From: Mucilaginibacter sp.
GTDB lineage: Bacteria; Bacteroidota; Bacteroidia; Sphingobacteriales; Sphingobacteriaceae
Assembly (NCBI GenBank): GCA_025352225.1
Contig: JANXTT010000153.1
Coordinates: 6,602-70,601, forward strand
Length of the DNA stretch: 64,000 nucleotides
Direction of reading: 5' to 3'
In this document: positions 27,759 through 37,760 of the stretch, piece by piece
Position numbering within the stretch: position 1 is the first letter of the stretch
Layout: the number at the start of each line of letters is the position of its first letter
Made by a program: the position numbers and the translations under genes
The notes under the pieces: generated by a model
Told to the model about the DNA's origin: nothing
Databases searched by the model: none
What the model saw: only the letters and a program-made list of their open reading frames with translations

Positions 27759-28661
27759 ATGCAAATTTTACAATTGATCATCCCCAGTCGCTCTTCAATT
27801 GCCCATTTGCGTTTTGTATTCTCATTGTTTTTAATGCCTGTTTATCTATTTGCTTACAGCCAGGCACCGATAATACACATTGGTTATGCTTTTTTGGCAT
27901 TTTTGATATGGCATTTACTAGCTTTCCCGGCCAGTAACGGTTACAACAGCTATTTTGATAAAGATGAGGATAGTATCGGGCTGTTAGCTAAACCGCCGGT
28001 GGTTGATATTAGTTTATATTATTTTTCGCTATTACTGGAAATTTTTGCCTTTTTACTTGGCCTTATAATAAGCTGGGAATTTGCGTGTGCTGTACTGCTT
28101 TACGGTATCATGTCAAAATTATATAGCCACCCTGCAACACGTTTAAAAAAGTATCCGGTTGTTAGTTTTATAACTGTTTTCTTTTTTCAGGGTGCGTTTA
28201 TTTACTGGAGCACATATGCTGCGGTATCTGGCTTAAGTTTATTTTATGGATGGAATCTGAACTTTATGATCGCTGGATTAATTTGTTCATGCCTGATTGG
28301 TGCTTCTTACCCGCTTACCCAAGTTTATCAACATGCAGAAGATAGTCGCCGCGGCGATTATACCCTAAGCTTATTGCTTGGCTATAAAGGCTCGTTTATA
28401 TTCTCTGGCTTTTTATTCGCTATCGCGATTGTGCTATCCTTTTTTTACTGGGAGCGCGCGGGTATCCTATCTAACTTTTACTTCTTTTTAATCTGCGCCG
28501 CGCCAATATTTTTATTTTTTAATTATTGGTTCTATAAAGTAGGGCAATCAACCCGCAATGCTAATTTTAAAAACGCCATGCTCATGAATTTTATCAGTTG
28601 CGGCTGTATGTTGATTTATTTTGGAATATTAGCACTCAGAGCGTCGCGATTGTTGCTATAA
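27759..28661 (+). CDS. UbiA-family aromatic prenyltransferase
   Basis: 300 aa with about 8 TM helices. First Asp-rich motif NGYNSYFDKDED, second YQHAEDSRRGDY. Transcribed divergently from the YceI-PKS operon across a 64-nt gap. Confidence 0.8.
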   Translation: MQILQLIIPSRSSIAHLRFVFSLFLMPVYLFAYSQAPIIHIGYAFLAFLIWHLLAFPASNGYNSYFDKDEDSIGLLAKPPVVDISLYYFSLLLEIFAFLLGLIISWEFACAVLLYGIMSKLYSHPATRLKKYPVVSFITVFFFQGAFIYWSTYAAVSGLSLFYGWNLNFMIAGLICSCLIGASYPLTQVYQHAEDSRRGDYTLSLLLGYKGSFIFSGFLFAIAIVLSFFYWERAGILSNFYFFLICAAPIFLFFNYWFYKVGQSTRNANFKNAMLMNFISCGCMLIYFGILALRASRLLL

Positions 28662-28688
28662 GCAAATTAATAAATTACATCTAAAACG

Positions 28689-30806
28689 CTACCACTCCAT
28701 GCCCATATTACTAAACATAAATGCCCACCTATCGGCGGATTCATTGATGACCTGCGCTGTTGATTTACCTGCACCGTGCCCTGCCTTTGTTTCAATACGG
28801 ATTAGCACAGGCGCACTACCTTGTTGATATTCTTGCAAACGCGCCGCAAACTTAAAGGAATGTGCCGGTACAACACGGTCGTCATGATCACCAGTGGTAA
28901 TCATCGTTGCCGGATAGCTATTGGGTTTTAAGGCATGGTATGGCGAGTATTTAAACAAGTACTCAAACATTTCTTTCGAATCTTCGGCGGTGCCGTAATC
29001 ATAGGCCCATCCAGCACCAGCGGTAAATTTATTATAGCGTAACATATCTAAAACACCCACAGCCGGAAAAGCAACTTTGCAAAGGTCGGGTCGCTGTGTG
29101 ATGGTGGCTCCTACCAATAACCCACCGTTGGAGCCTCCAAAAATAGCCAGATAATCCCTCGAGGTATATTTATTGCTTATGAGGTATTCTGCAGCTGCAA
29201 TAAAATCATCAAATACATTCTGCTTTTTTAGCTTTGTGCCGGCAATGTGCCAGTTGTCGCCATACTCACCACCGCCGCGAATGTTAGGCACCGCATACAC
29301 GCCACCATGTTCCAACAGAATAATATTGGATGTACTAAATGCAGGGGTAAGGCTAATACCGAAACCACCATAAGCATACAATACCGTAGGATTTTTGCCA
29401 TTTAATACGGTGCCCTTTTTATAAGTGATGATCATCGGGATCTGCGTTCCATCTTTCGACGAATAAAACACTTGCTTAGATTCATATTTTTCAGGATCAA
29501 ACTGCACGCCCGATTTTTTAAAAATTTCTGATTTACCTGTTGATATATCATACTTAAAGATTGTTGAAGGATAGGTATAAGAGGTAAAAGTATAATAAGT
29601 TTCCTTCTGATCCCTCTTTGTCCCAAATCCACCCGCCGTACCCACCGAAGGTAGGGTAATATTGCGCTCCAGCTTACCGTTCATATCATACTGCAATACC
29701 AGCGAAGTAGCATCTTTCAGGTATTCTGCAAATATTTTACCTCCACCTGTGGTGGCGTTTAAAACATTTTTAGTTTCGGGTATAAAGTCTTTCCAGTTAG
29801 CGGGTTTGGCGTCTGTGGCATCAACTGTTACCAGTTTATAGTTGGGTGCGTGCAGGTTGGTGAAAATATATAGCTTGCTGCCAATATTATCTATTACATT
29901 GCTTTGCGTATCAAAATTATCCAACACGTTGGTAATTTTACTGCCGGGTATGCTAAGGTCCTGTATATACAACTCATTACCTGTGGTTGATGTTGCCGCG
30001 GTAATTACTAAATAATGTTCATCTTCGGTAAGGTAAGCGCCTATATAGCGGCGTGGCTTATCTGCACCACCAAATATTAATTTATCGGTATGTTGGGGCG
30101 TGCCCAGTTTATGATAGAAGAGTTTATGGTATTGTGTTAACCCCGAGAGTTTGCTGCCAGCTTTTGGTTTATCGTAACTACTATAATAAAACCCGTCGTT
30201 ACCTTTCCAGGCAATGCCAGAGAACTTTATATCAATCAGGGTATCGCCAATAATCGATTTGTCAGCGGCTTTAAGTACGATAACCTTGCGCCAGTCGGAG
30301 CCGCCTTCCGATAACTGATAAGCGGCCATACTGCCATCTCTGGTAAAGTCTATCCCGGCAAGGGAAGTGGTGCCATCTGCAGAAAACTTATTAGGATCCA
30401 GGAATATTTCCGGCTCACCTTTGCTGTCTTGCCTGTATAAAACCGCCTGGCTTTGTAAACCATTGTTTTTATAGAAATAAGTGTATTTACCTTCTTTAAA
30501 TGGCGCGCTGTACTTCTCATAGTTCCACAAGGTTTCCAAACGGTGGTGTATTGCTTCTCTATAAGGTATGTGAGCCAAATAGTTTTGGGTAATCTTGTTT
30601 TCTGCAATAACCCAGGCTTTGGTATCGTCGGCCTGGTCATTCTCTAACCAGCGGTAGGGATCGGGCACTTTAGTGCCAAAATAGGTATCTACAGTATCAA
30701 CTTTTTTAACCTGAGGATAAGGCAATGCTTTAATATTCATTTGTTGTGCGTAACTATAGCAGCAAAGTAAAGCAGCAATTACGATAAAGCATGAAATTTT
30801 TTTCAT
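28689..30806 (-). CDS. prolyl oligopeptidase (S9A family), secreted
   Basis: 705 aa. N-terminal beta-propeller region and C-terminal catalytic domain with the nucleophile elbow FGGSNGGLLVGA, plus ...TGDHDDRVVPAHS... and ...AGHGAGK.... Confidence 0.9.
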   Translation of the reverse strand: MKKISCFIVIAALLCCYSYAQQMNIKALPYPQVKKVDTVDTYFGTKVPDPYRWLENDQADDTKAWVIAENKITQNYLAHIPYREAIHHRLETLWNYEKYSAPFKEGKYTYFYKNNGLQSQAVLYRQDSKGEPEIFLDPNKFSADGTTSLAGIDFTRDGSMAAYQLSEGGSDWRKVIVLKAADKSIIGDTLIDIKFSGIAWKGNDGFYYSSYDKPKAGSKLSGLTQYHKLFYHKLGTPQHTDKLIFGGADKPRRYIGAYLTEDEHYLVITAATSTTGNELYIQDLSIPGSKITNVLDNFDTQSNVIDNIGSKLYIFTNLHAPNYKLVTVDATDAKPANWKDFIPETKNVLNATTGGGKIFAEYLKDATSLVLQYDMNGKLERNITLPSVGTAGGFGTKRDQKETYYTFTSYTYPSTIFKYDISTGKSEIFKKSGVQFDPEKYESKQVFYSSKDGTQIPMIITYKKGTVLNGKNPTVLYAYGGFGISLTPAFSTSNIILLEHGGVYAVPNIRGGGEYGDNWHIAGTKLKKQNVFDDFIAAAEYLISNKYTSRDYLAIFGGSNGGLLVGATITQRPDLCKVAFPAVGVLDMLRYNKFTAGAGWAYDYGTAEDSKEMFEYLFKYSPYHALKPNSYPATMITTGDHDDRVVPAHSFKFAARLQEYQQGSAPVLIRIETKAGHGAGKSTAQVINESADRWAFMFSNMGMEW

Positions 30807-31031
30807 TTTACTTATTTATTACCTGTTAAAGTAAATATAGCAAAGTACAATTACCTTTTTGACAGAAATAGGGGAACGATATTAAGAAGAACTATTGCTG
30901 ATAATTAAAGGATAATTATCGTTAATAAAAAATTGGTTTGTTCTATTGATATATGTAATAAAAAAAGAGCTTTCAGGTTTGAAAATAAATCTAACTTTTA
31001 GCATTAACTTAAAACAATTACTTTTGGGAAG

Positions 31032-31799
31032 ATGACAAGCAGAACTAAACTTTATTTCGCTTCTGATTTCCACCTGGGCGTACCTAATTATACAGCTAGC
31101 CGCCAGCGCGAAGACAAAATTGTTCGTTGGCTGGATATGATTAAGGCTGACGCCGCAGAAGTGTTTTTAATGGGCGATATTTTTGATTTCTGGTTTGAAT
31201 ATACCACTGTTGTACCTAAGGGCTACGTACGTTTATTTGGTAAACTGGCCGAATTAACCGACTCGGGGATAAAACTATATATGTTTAAGGGCAACCATGA
31301 TATGTGGATGTTTGAGTATTTCCAGAAAGAACTTAGTGCTTCCATTATTACCAACGAACTCGAGATTGAACGCAATGGCAAAAAGTTTTACCTGCATCAT
31401 GGCGATGGCCTGGGCCCAGGTGACACCAAATATAAGTTCTTAAAAAAAATATTTCGAAGCCGGTTGTGTCAGTGGTTGTTTGAGCGCATCCATCCTAATT
31501 TGGGAGTAGGAGTAGCCAACCGATGGTCAAACCATAGCCGTATAGTACAGGGCCATAATGAAGTACGTAAAAATCTGGAACAAGAATGGCTGGTTGCATT
31601 CTCTCGGGAGCAATTGAAAATTGAATACTACGATTATTTGATATTTGGACACCGGCATTTGCCCTTAGATATACAATTGAACGACCAAAGTCGATATATT
31701 AACCTGGGCGAATGGGTAAATTATTTTAGCTACGCCGTTTTTAATGGTGATGATCTGAGTTTGATGTATTTTGAAAAGATACCGCCAACCAACTTCTAA
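31032..31799 (+). CDS. lpxH: UDP-2,3-diacylglucosamine diphosphatase (LpxH family), paralogue 2
   Basis: Metallophosphoesterase motifs SDFHLG, MGDIFDFW, KGNHDMW, HHGDGLG, FGHRHLP. At 255 aa it is close to the E. coli LpxH length and layout. Confidence 0.8.
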   Translation: MTSRTKLYFASDFHLGVPNYTASRQREDKIVRWLDMIKADAAEVFLMGDIFDFWFEYTTVVPKGYVRLFGKLAELTDSGIKLYMFKGNHDMWMFEYFQKELSASIITNELEIERNGKKFYLHHGDGLGPGDTKYKFLKKIFRSRLCQWLFERIHPNLGVGVANRWSNHSRIVQGHNEVRKNLEQEWLVAFSREQLKIEYYDYLIFGHRHLPLDIQLNDQSRYINLGEWVNYFSYAVFNGDDLSLMYFEKIPPTNF

Positions 31800-31950
31800 A
31801 TAGATTGATGATTTTAAAAATGAGCTACTTGCAAAAAAACGACTTCTATAGAAAATAAAAATTCTATGGTTTTTTTCATTAAAGTCGCTCATCGTACATC
31901 AGGTTAGCATTTATATTTTTATCTTCACGGTTCACTTAACATTTAAAAAT

Positions 31951-32157
31951 ATGCCAGAAGGTACAGTAAAATGGTTTAACAGCATAAAAGGATACGGTTT
32001 TATACAACCAACCGATGGTAGCGCTGATATATTTGTTCATATCTCGGCTGTAGAACGGTCTGGTTTGAAAGACTTAAGTGAAGGCCAAGTCTTAACATAC
32101 GAAATAGTAATAGATAAATCGGGCAAAAATTCAGCAGAAGATCTGACTGCTAAATAA
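31951..32157 (+). CDS. cold-shock protein (CspA family)
   Basis: GTVKWFNSIKGYGFIQP (RNP1) and DIFVHISAV (RNP2). 68 aa. Confidence 0.95.
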   Translation: MPEGTVKWFNSIKGYGFIQPTDGSADIFVHISAVERSGLKDLSEGQVLTYEIVIDKSGKNSAEDLTAK

Positions 32158-32223
32158 CTTTTTTGCTTTTTGCGCATATAGTGTTATTTAATAGGTAAGC
32201 GGTTATAATTTCAAATCTATTAT

Positions 32224-32520
32224 ATGGATAAAAAATATTTTGCGATTAAACTTAATCCCAATAGACCCGATTTTGCCCAAACCATGACAGCCGAAGAGCG
32301 GGACATTATGCAACAACATATTGCCTATTGGAAAACCTATATGGAACAAGGCATAATGATTATTTTTGGGCCAGTTATTGATCCTAAAGGGGCTTATGGA
32401 TTTGGTATTATAGCGGTAGACGACCCTGGCCAAGTGCAGCCGCTTTTAGGTAACGACCCGGCATCAAAAATAAACCAATATGAGTATCATCCAATGCTTG
32501 CCGTTGTGAAACAGCAATAA
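32224..32520 (+). CDS. YciI-like protein
   Basis: 98 aa. Its ferredoxin-like pattern (YFAIKLNPNRP ... HIAYWKTYMEQGIMIIFGPV) resembles the YciI/DGPF family. The call is from recall. Confidence 0.65.
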   Translation: MDKKYFAIKLNPNRPDFAQTMTAEERDIMQQHIAYWKTYMEQGIMIIFGPVIDPKGAYGFGIIAVDDPGQVQPLLGNDPASKINQYEYHPMLAVVKQQ

Positions 32521-32552
32521 AAAAGCAAAATACGACTATTAGAAGATATTAC

Positions 32553-32578
32553 AAAAAAAGGCTCCGCGTTGCGGAACC
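32553..32578 (-). terminator. rho-independent terminator ending the atp operon
   Basis: Minus-strand RNA: GGUUCCGC-aac-GCGGAGCC (8 bp including one G-U pair), followed by UUUUUUUGUAAU. It lies 31 nt after the atpG stop (32609). Confidence 0.8.
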
Positions 32579-32608
32579 TTCACTAGGTTTATTATTGGAG
32601 AGACTCTT

Positions 32609-33490
32609 TTAGCTGGACAATGCCGCCGCTCCACTTACAATTTCTGTAAGCTCGGTAGTGATGGCTGCCTGGCGTGCCTGGTTGTAGCTTAATTTTAAGT
32701 TCCGTAATAGTTCGCCCGCATTATCAGTTGCTTTATCCATAGCCGTCATACGGGCGCCATGCTCTGATGCATGTGAGTCAAGTACGGCGCGGTATAATTG
32801 TATTTTAATATTTTTAGGGATCAGTTGATCTACAATTTCTTCCTGAGATGGCTCTAAAATATAATCAACATTTGATGCAGGTATCCCGGCCTTCTTTTCG
32901 GCTTTAGGTACCGGCAATAATTGCTCGGCTTTTAACTCTTGCATGGCTGCATTGCGGAAGTGGTTATATACTACTTCTACACGGTCGTAATCGCCATTTA
33001 TAAAGCCCGCCATAATGGCCTCGGTAATTTTCGATACATTCTCAAAGTTAAGCTCCTGAAACAACTCGTTATTATTACCAATAACATTGTATTTGCGCCT
33101 GGTATAAAACTCCTGTGCCTTTTTACCAATACCAATTATAGATACATTACCCGCCTTCAATTGTGTATTATATTTTTCGGCAATCAATACGTTAGCTGTT
33201 TTGATTGCATTGGCATTAAATGCGCCGGCTAAACCGCGGTTTGATGCCACAACTACAATCAATACCCGTACAGGCTCACGCTCCTGCAAATATGGCGATG
33301 AACCTTCTTCGAGACTGGCCGATAGGTTGGTCAGTATTTCATTCAGCTTATTGGCATAAGGGCGCAACTGAACAATAGCATCTGTAGCTCGCTTTAGCTT
33401 AGCCGCCGAAACCATTTTCATGGCCTTGGTTATCTGCTGCGTCGACTTTACCGATGCTATCCTGTTTCTTACTTCTTTTAAGTTTGCCAT
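32609..33490 (-). CDS. atpG: F1Fo ATP synthase subunit gamma
   Basis: MANLKEVRNRIASVKSTQQITKAMKMVSAAKL at the N-terminus and ...ITTELTEIVSGAAAL at the C-terminus. Confidence 0.95.
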   Translation of the reverse strand: MANLKEVRNRIASVKSTQQITKAMKMVSAAKLKRATDAIVQLRPYANKLNEILTNLSASLEEGSSPYLQEREPVRVLIVVVASNRGLAGAFNANAIKTANVLIAEKYNTQLKAGNVSIIGIGKKAQEFYTRRKYNVIGNNNELFQELNFENVSKITEAIMAGFINGDYDRVEVVYNHFRNAAMQELKAEQLLPVPKAEKKAGIPASNVDYILEPSQEEIVDQLIPKNIKIQLYRAVLDSHASEHGARMTAMDKATDNAGELLRNLKLSYNQARQAAITTELTEIVSGAAALSS

Positions 33491-33505
33491 TCTTTTTTAG
33501 TATCG

Positions 33506-33562
33506 AGTAGTTAGTATCAAGTAGCAAGTGATCTATATACTAACTACTTGATACTTGCTACT
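33506..33562 (-). other. 57-nt imperfect inverted repeat (about 21 of 24 positions paired) in the atpA-atpG intercistronic gap
   Basis: AGTAGTTAGTATCAAGTAGCAAGT-gatctatat-ACTAACTACTTGATACTTGCTACT, paired by hand. On the minus-strand RNA it is not followed by a U-run, so it is not a classical terminator. Confidence 0.6.
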
Positions 33563-33569
33563 AAAAAAT

Positions 33570-35144
33570 TTAATATTTACCAGACAATTCTTTAGCTACT
33601 GTTTCTAACACGCCAGTTAAGCTATCATCAAACTTGCCTGCTTTTAAACCCGCAAGTGTTTCCGGATGGCGCAATTCCAGCTGGCTTAAAAACTCACCTT
33701 CGAACTCTCTAACTTTATTTATTGGCACGTTACGCATTAGGTTTTTAGTACCGATGTAAACAATGGCCACTTGTTTCTCAACAGTTAAAGGCGAATATTG
33801 CCCTTGTTTCAAAATCTCAACGTTACGCGCACCTTTATCTAGAACAGTTTTAGTTGACGCATCCAGATCAGAACCAAATTTAGAGAACGCCTCTAATTCA
33901 CGGTATTGTGCCTGGTCCAATTTCAAAGTTCCGGCAACTTTTTTCATGGATTTGATTTGCGCGTTACCTCCTACACGTGATACCGAAATACCAACGTTAA
34001 TAGCCGGACGAACACCTGCGTTAAATAAGTTTGATTCCAGGAATATCTGACCATCAGTAATAGAAATTACGTTAGTCGGGATATAAGCAGATACATCACC
34101 AGCCTGAGTTTCGATAATTGGCAATGCCGTTAATGAACCTCCGCCTTTAACAATCCCTCTGATTGATTCAGGAAGATCATTCATATCTTTCGCGATAGCA
34201 TCAACCGAGTTGATTTTAGCGGCACGCTCTAACAAACGGCTATGCAGATAAAACACATCGCCCGGATAAGCCTCGCGGCCTGGTGGACGGCGCAATAGCA
34301 ATGATACCTCGCGGTAAGCCACAGCTTGTTTTGAAAGATCATCATAAACAATTAAAGCTGGGCGTCCGGTATCGCGGAAAAACTCACCAATTGCAGCACC
34401 TGCAAACGGCGCATAAAACTGCATTGGAGCAGGCTCTGAAGCCGAAGCGGCCACGATGATAGAGTAAGGCAATGCACCATTCTCTTCCAGCGTACGCAAA
34501 ATATTAGCAACCGTTGAGTTCTTCTGACCAATAGCTACGTATATACAATATACCGGCTTCCCGGCTTCATAAAACTCTTTTTGGTTTATGATGGTATCTA
34601 TACAAACCGCTGTCTTTCCGGTCTGTCTGTCACCAATAACAAGTTCACGTTGTCCACGGCCAATAGGTATCATCGCGTCAATCGCTTTAATACCAGTTTG
34701 CAATGGTTCAGTTACTGGTTGTCTGTAAATTACACCAGGCGCCTTACGCTCTAAAGGCATTTCGTAAGTAGTACCAGTAATTGGGCCTTTACCATCAATA
34801 GGCTCGCCTAATGTATTAACTACACGGCCAAGCATACCTTCGCCTACGTTAATAGAGGCAATTTTGCGTGTACGTTTAACGGTATCACCTTCTTTAACAC
34901 CATCAGAAGGACCCAACAATACCACCCCTACATTGTCCTCTTCAAGGTTTAATACTATACCTTGCAAATTGTTGTCAAATTCAACAAGTTCGCCTGATTG
35001 TACTTGTGTTAATCCATAAACACGAGCAATACCATCGCCCACCTGGAGCACGGTACCTACTTCTTCTAATTCAGATGCTGACTTAAAGCCCGACAATTGC
35101 TGACGCAATATTGCTGAAACTTCGTCTGGTCTTACCTCTACCAT
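33570..35144 (-). CDS. atpA: F1Fo ATP synthase subunit alpha
   Basis: Walker A GDRQTGKT and many conserved alpha-subunit blocks. 524 aa. Confidence 0.97.
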   Translation of the reverse strand: MVEVRPDEVSAILRQQLSGFKSASELEEVGTVLQVGDGIARVYGLTQVQSGELVEFDNNLQGIVLNLEEDNVGVVLLGPSDGVKEGDTVKRTRKIASINVGEGMLGRVVNTLGEPIDGKGPITGTTYEMPLERKAPGVIYRQPVTEPLQTGIKAIDAMIPIGRGQRELVIGDRQTGKTAVCIDTIINQKEFYEAGKPVYCIYVAIGQKNSTVANILRTLEENGALPYSIIVAASASEPAPMQFYAPFAGAAIGEFFRDTGRPALIVYDDLSKQAVAYREVSLLLRRPPGREAYPGDVFYLHSRLLERAAKINSVDAIAKDMNDLPESIRGIVKGGGSLTALPIIETQAGDVSAYIPTNVISITDGQIFLESNLFNAGVRPAINVGISVSRVGGNAQIKSMKKVAGTLKLDQAQYRELEAFSKFGSDLDASTKTVLDKGARNVEILKQGQYSPLTVEKQVAIVYIGTKNLMRNVPINKVREFEGEFLSQLELRHPETLAGLKAGKFDDSLTGVLETVAKELSGKY

Positions 35145-35176
35145 TTTTTATTTATTTTAGAGTTTGGTTTTATTAT

Positions 35177-35722
35177 TTAAAGTGCCTTGTGGGCAAATTC
35201 TGTTTTTAATTTTTTTAAGCTGTTAGCTATACTGGTATCAACCTGCCTGTCGCCTACGGTTAATACAAAGCCACCTATTAATTGGGGGTCAACCTTAGTT
35301 TGAAGTACAATATTACCGCCCACTTCGGCCCTAACCAGTTCAGTAATCTGCTTTTTATTTTCTTCGGATAATGGTGTAGCCGATGTAACTACAGCCTTAA
35401 CAATAGCTTTCTTTAAATTATATTGATTAACAAACTCATGAGCGGTAAAAAATAGCACCTCCCCACGGCTTTTAGTGATCATAATTTTAAAGAAACCATC
35501 AGTAGCCTTACTAACCTTCGAAGAAAAAATAGCTTCAAGTATTTTTATCTTTTTATCATGTGAGATGATCGGGTTCCGCAAAACTGTTTGCAATTCCGGG
35601 TTCTCTTTTAAAGTTTGCACAAATAAATCCATATCAGCTTTTATAGCCTCCAGCGCATTTTGCTCCAAAGCTAAGTCGATAAGTGATTTGGCGTATCTGG
35701 CCCCTACTGTTAATTCAGACAT
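35177..35722 (-). CDS. atpH: F1Fo ATP synthase subunit delta (OSCP)
   Basis: 181 aa. N-terminal ARYAKSLIDLA pattern and C-terminal ...IGGFVLTVGDRQVDTSI.... Operon position lies between atpF and atpA. Confidence 0.9.
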   Translation of the reverse strand: MSELTVGARYAKSLIDLALEQNALEAIKADMDLFVQTLKENPELQTVLRNPIISHDKKIKILEAIFSSKVSKATDGFFKIMITKSRGEVLFFTAHEFVNQYNLKKAIVKAVVTSATPLSEENKKQITELVRAEVGGNIVLQTKVDPQLIGGFVLTVGDRQVDTSIANSLKKLKTEFAHKAL

Positions 35723-35810
35723 ATAATTGGTGTTGTGTGTTACGCGTTGTGTGCCGTGAGTTTTCCATAACAGGTTACTTATAACTTACAACCCGCAACC
35801 AACTTCAATA

Positions 35811-36305
35811 TTAATTTAATTTCACTTCTTTTAATAGATCAGCAACCAACTCATCCTGAAGATGTGGGTGCTCAAATTGCTTGCGCAAAACTTTTTCGGC
35901 TATTTCAATTGAAAGTTCAGCAACTAGGTTTTTCACATCTGCCATTGCTATTGCTTTCTGACTGTTAATTTCCACACGGGCTTTTTCAATCATCTTGGCT
36001 CCTTCTTTTGCAGCAGCATCTTTGGCTTCCCCAATGATCTGATCTTTAACAATTTTTGCTTCGCGTAAAATCAAATCACGCTCAATACGGGCTTGTTTAA
36101 GTAACTGGTCGTTTTCATTTGTTAATCGAGCCATTTCATCTTTAGCGGCTTCTGCTTTTGATAAAGCATCTTCTATTGACAGCTCTCGCTCACTAATAGA
36201 GGCTAAAATAGGTGTCCATGCATACTTACGTAATATGAACAATAAAATGAGGAACGAAACTGTTGTCCAGAAAACTAAACCTATTTCGGGTTTAACTAAT
36301 TCCAT
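35811..36305 (-). CDS. atpF: F1Fo ATP synthase subunit b
   Basis: 164 aa. A single N-terminal TM helix followed by a long charged coiled coil. Operon position supports the call. Confidence 0.9.
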   Translation of the reverse strand: MELVKPEIGLVFWTTVSFLILLFILRKYAWTPILASISERELSIEDALSKAEAAKDEMARLTNENDQLLKQARIERDLILREAKIVKDQIIGEAKDAAAKEGAKMIEKARVEINSQKAIAMADVKNLVAELSIEIAEKVLRKQFEHPHLQDELVADLLKEVKLN

Positions 36306-36346
36306 GTTAAATTTTCTTTTATTTAAAACTAATTTAAACGAGTTTT

Positions 36347-36382
36347 AAAACATGCCGAAGCCAATCGCTCCGGGCATGTTTT
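36347..36382 (-). other. Stem-loop immediately downstream of atpE (attenuator or mRNA-stabilising hairpin candidate)
   Basis: Minus-strand RNA: AAAACAUGCC-c-GGAGC-gauug-GCUUC-GGCAUGUUUU, about 15 bp with one bulge. The trailing U-run is only 4 nt and is then followed by As. Confidence 0.55.
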
Positions 36383-36402
36383 TGTTTTTTGCCTAATAAA
36401 AA

Positions 36403-36693
<291 letters not shown>

Positions 36694-37746
36694 TTAATGG
36701 TGATGCTCTTCAACAGCCATCCCAATAAACAGGGCGGTGAGCATCGTAAAAATAAAAGCCTGTAAAAATGCTACCAATAGTTCTATGGTATCCATAAACA
36801 CCACAAAAACAACTGATACTGGTGACATCCAAAGTGTATTAAAAATGAATATCAGCGATATCAAGCTCAATACTACAATATGGCCCGCGGTTATATTTGC
36901 AAATAAACGAATCATTAAGGCAAATGGGCGGGATATTACACCAATTAACTCAACAGGAACCATGATGATATATAACCATTTAGGTATATCAGGAGCAAAA
37001 ATATGTTTCCAATAATATTTATTACCGCTAAAGTTTACCGTTATTAAGGTAATAACTGCTAATGTTATAGTTACCGCTATATTACCAGTAAGGTTAAAAC
37101 CGCCCGGAAAAAAAGGAATCAAACCTAATAAATTACTAATTAATATAAAAAAGAACATGGTGAGCAGCAATGGCATATATTTCACATGCTTATGGCCAAT
37201 GTTAGGAATAGCAACCTCATCGCGAACAAACAACACAAGAGGCTCCATAAAGGATTGCAATCCCTTAGGTGCTTTACCCTTGCGTGTTACGTATTTGCCA
37301 GAAACACTTATGAAAACACCAAACAGAATTGCCATAGACATCCACATGGCGGCAACGTTGCGTGTGATAGAAAAATCGTAAATCTTTGCGGTTAGATCTT
37401 CATTACCCGCGGCATCTACAGCAAGGATTTTATCCTTAACCAGTTTATAATTGTATTTACCCTGGTAAGTTTGCAATCCGTCGGCAAATACACTGGAGGA
37501 AAAAAACTCAAGACCTTTATCAGAACAGATGATTACAGGGAGAGGTATTTTATATGGCCCCACGATGTGCCAATAATGCGAATCCCCAATGTGCTCAAGA
37601 ATTACTTCTTTGGGATTGAATTCTTTTTTTTCTGAGCCTTTATTTTCTTGCGAAAAAGCTGAAAATGGAATTGCCAATATTAGGATAACGGCAACTTTGA
37701 GTAAATATTGAATTTTTTTAAATTTAAAAATTGAGCCTTTGTCCAT
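36694..37746 (-). CDS. atpB: F1Fo ATP synthase subunit a (with long N-terminal extension)
   Basis: Conserved Arg context ALMIRLFANITAGH. 350 aa, including a roughly 110-aa N-terminal secreted-looking extension. Confidence 0.95.
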   Translation of the reverse strand: MDKGSIFKFKKIQYLLKVAVILILAIPFSAFSQENKGSEKKEFNPKEVILEHIGDSHYWHIVGPYKIPLPVIICSDKGLEFFSSSVFADGLQTYQGKYNYKLVKDKILAVDAAGNEDLTAKIYDFSITRNVAAMWMSMAILFGVFISVSGKYVTRKGKAPKGLQSFMEPLVLFVRDEVAIPNIGHKHVKYMPLLLTMFFFILISNLLGLIPFFPGGFNLTGNIAVTITLAVITLITVNFSGNKYYWKHIFAPDIPKWLYIIMVPVELIGVISRPFALMIRLFANITAGHIVVLSLISLIFIFNTLWMSPVSVVFVVFMDTIELLVAFLQAFIFTMLTALFIGMAVEEHHH

Positions 37747-37760
37747 CTAAATGAAGTTTT

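Noticed and set aside
33506-33562. The atpA-atpG inverted repeat considered as a MITE/REP element or a CRISPR-like repeat.
   Set aside because: There is only one copy in 64 kb, with no spacers or flanking direct repeats. It is kept only as an RNA-structure finding.
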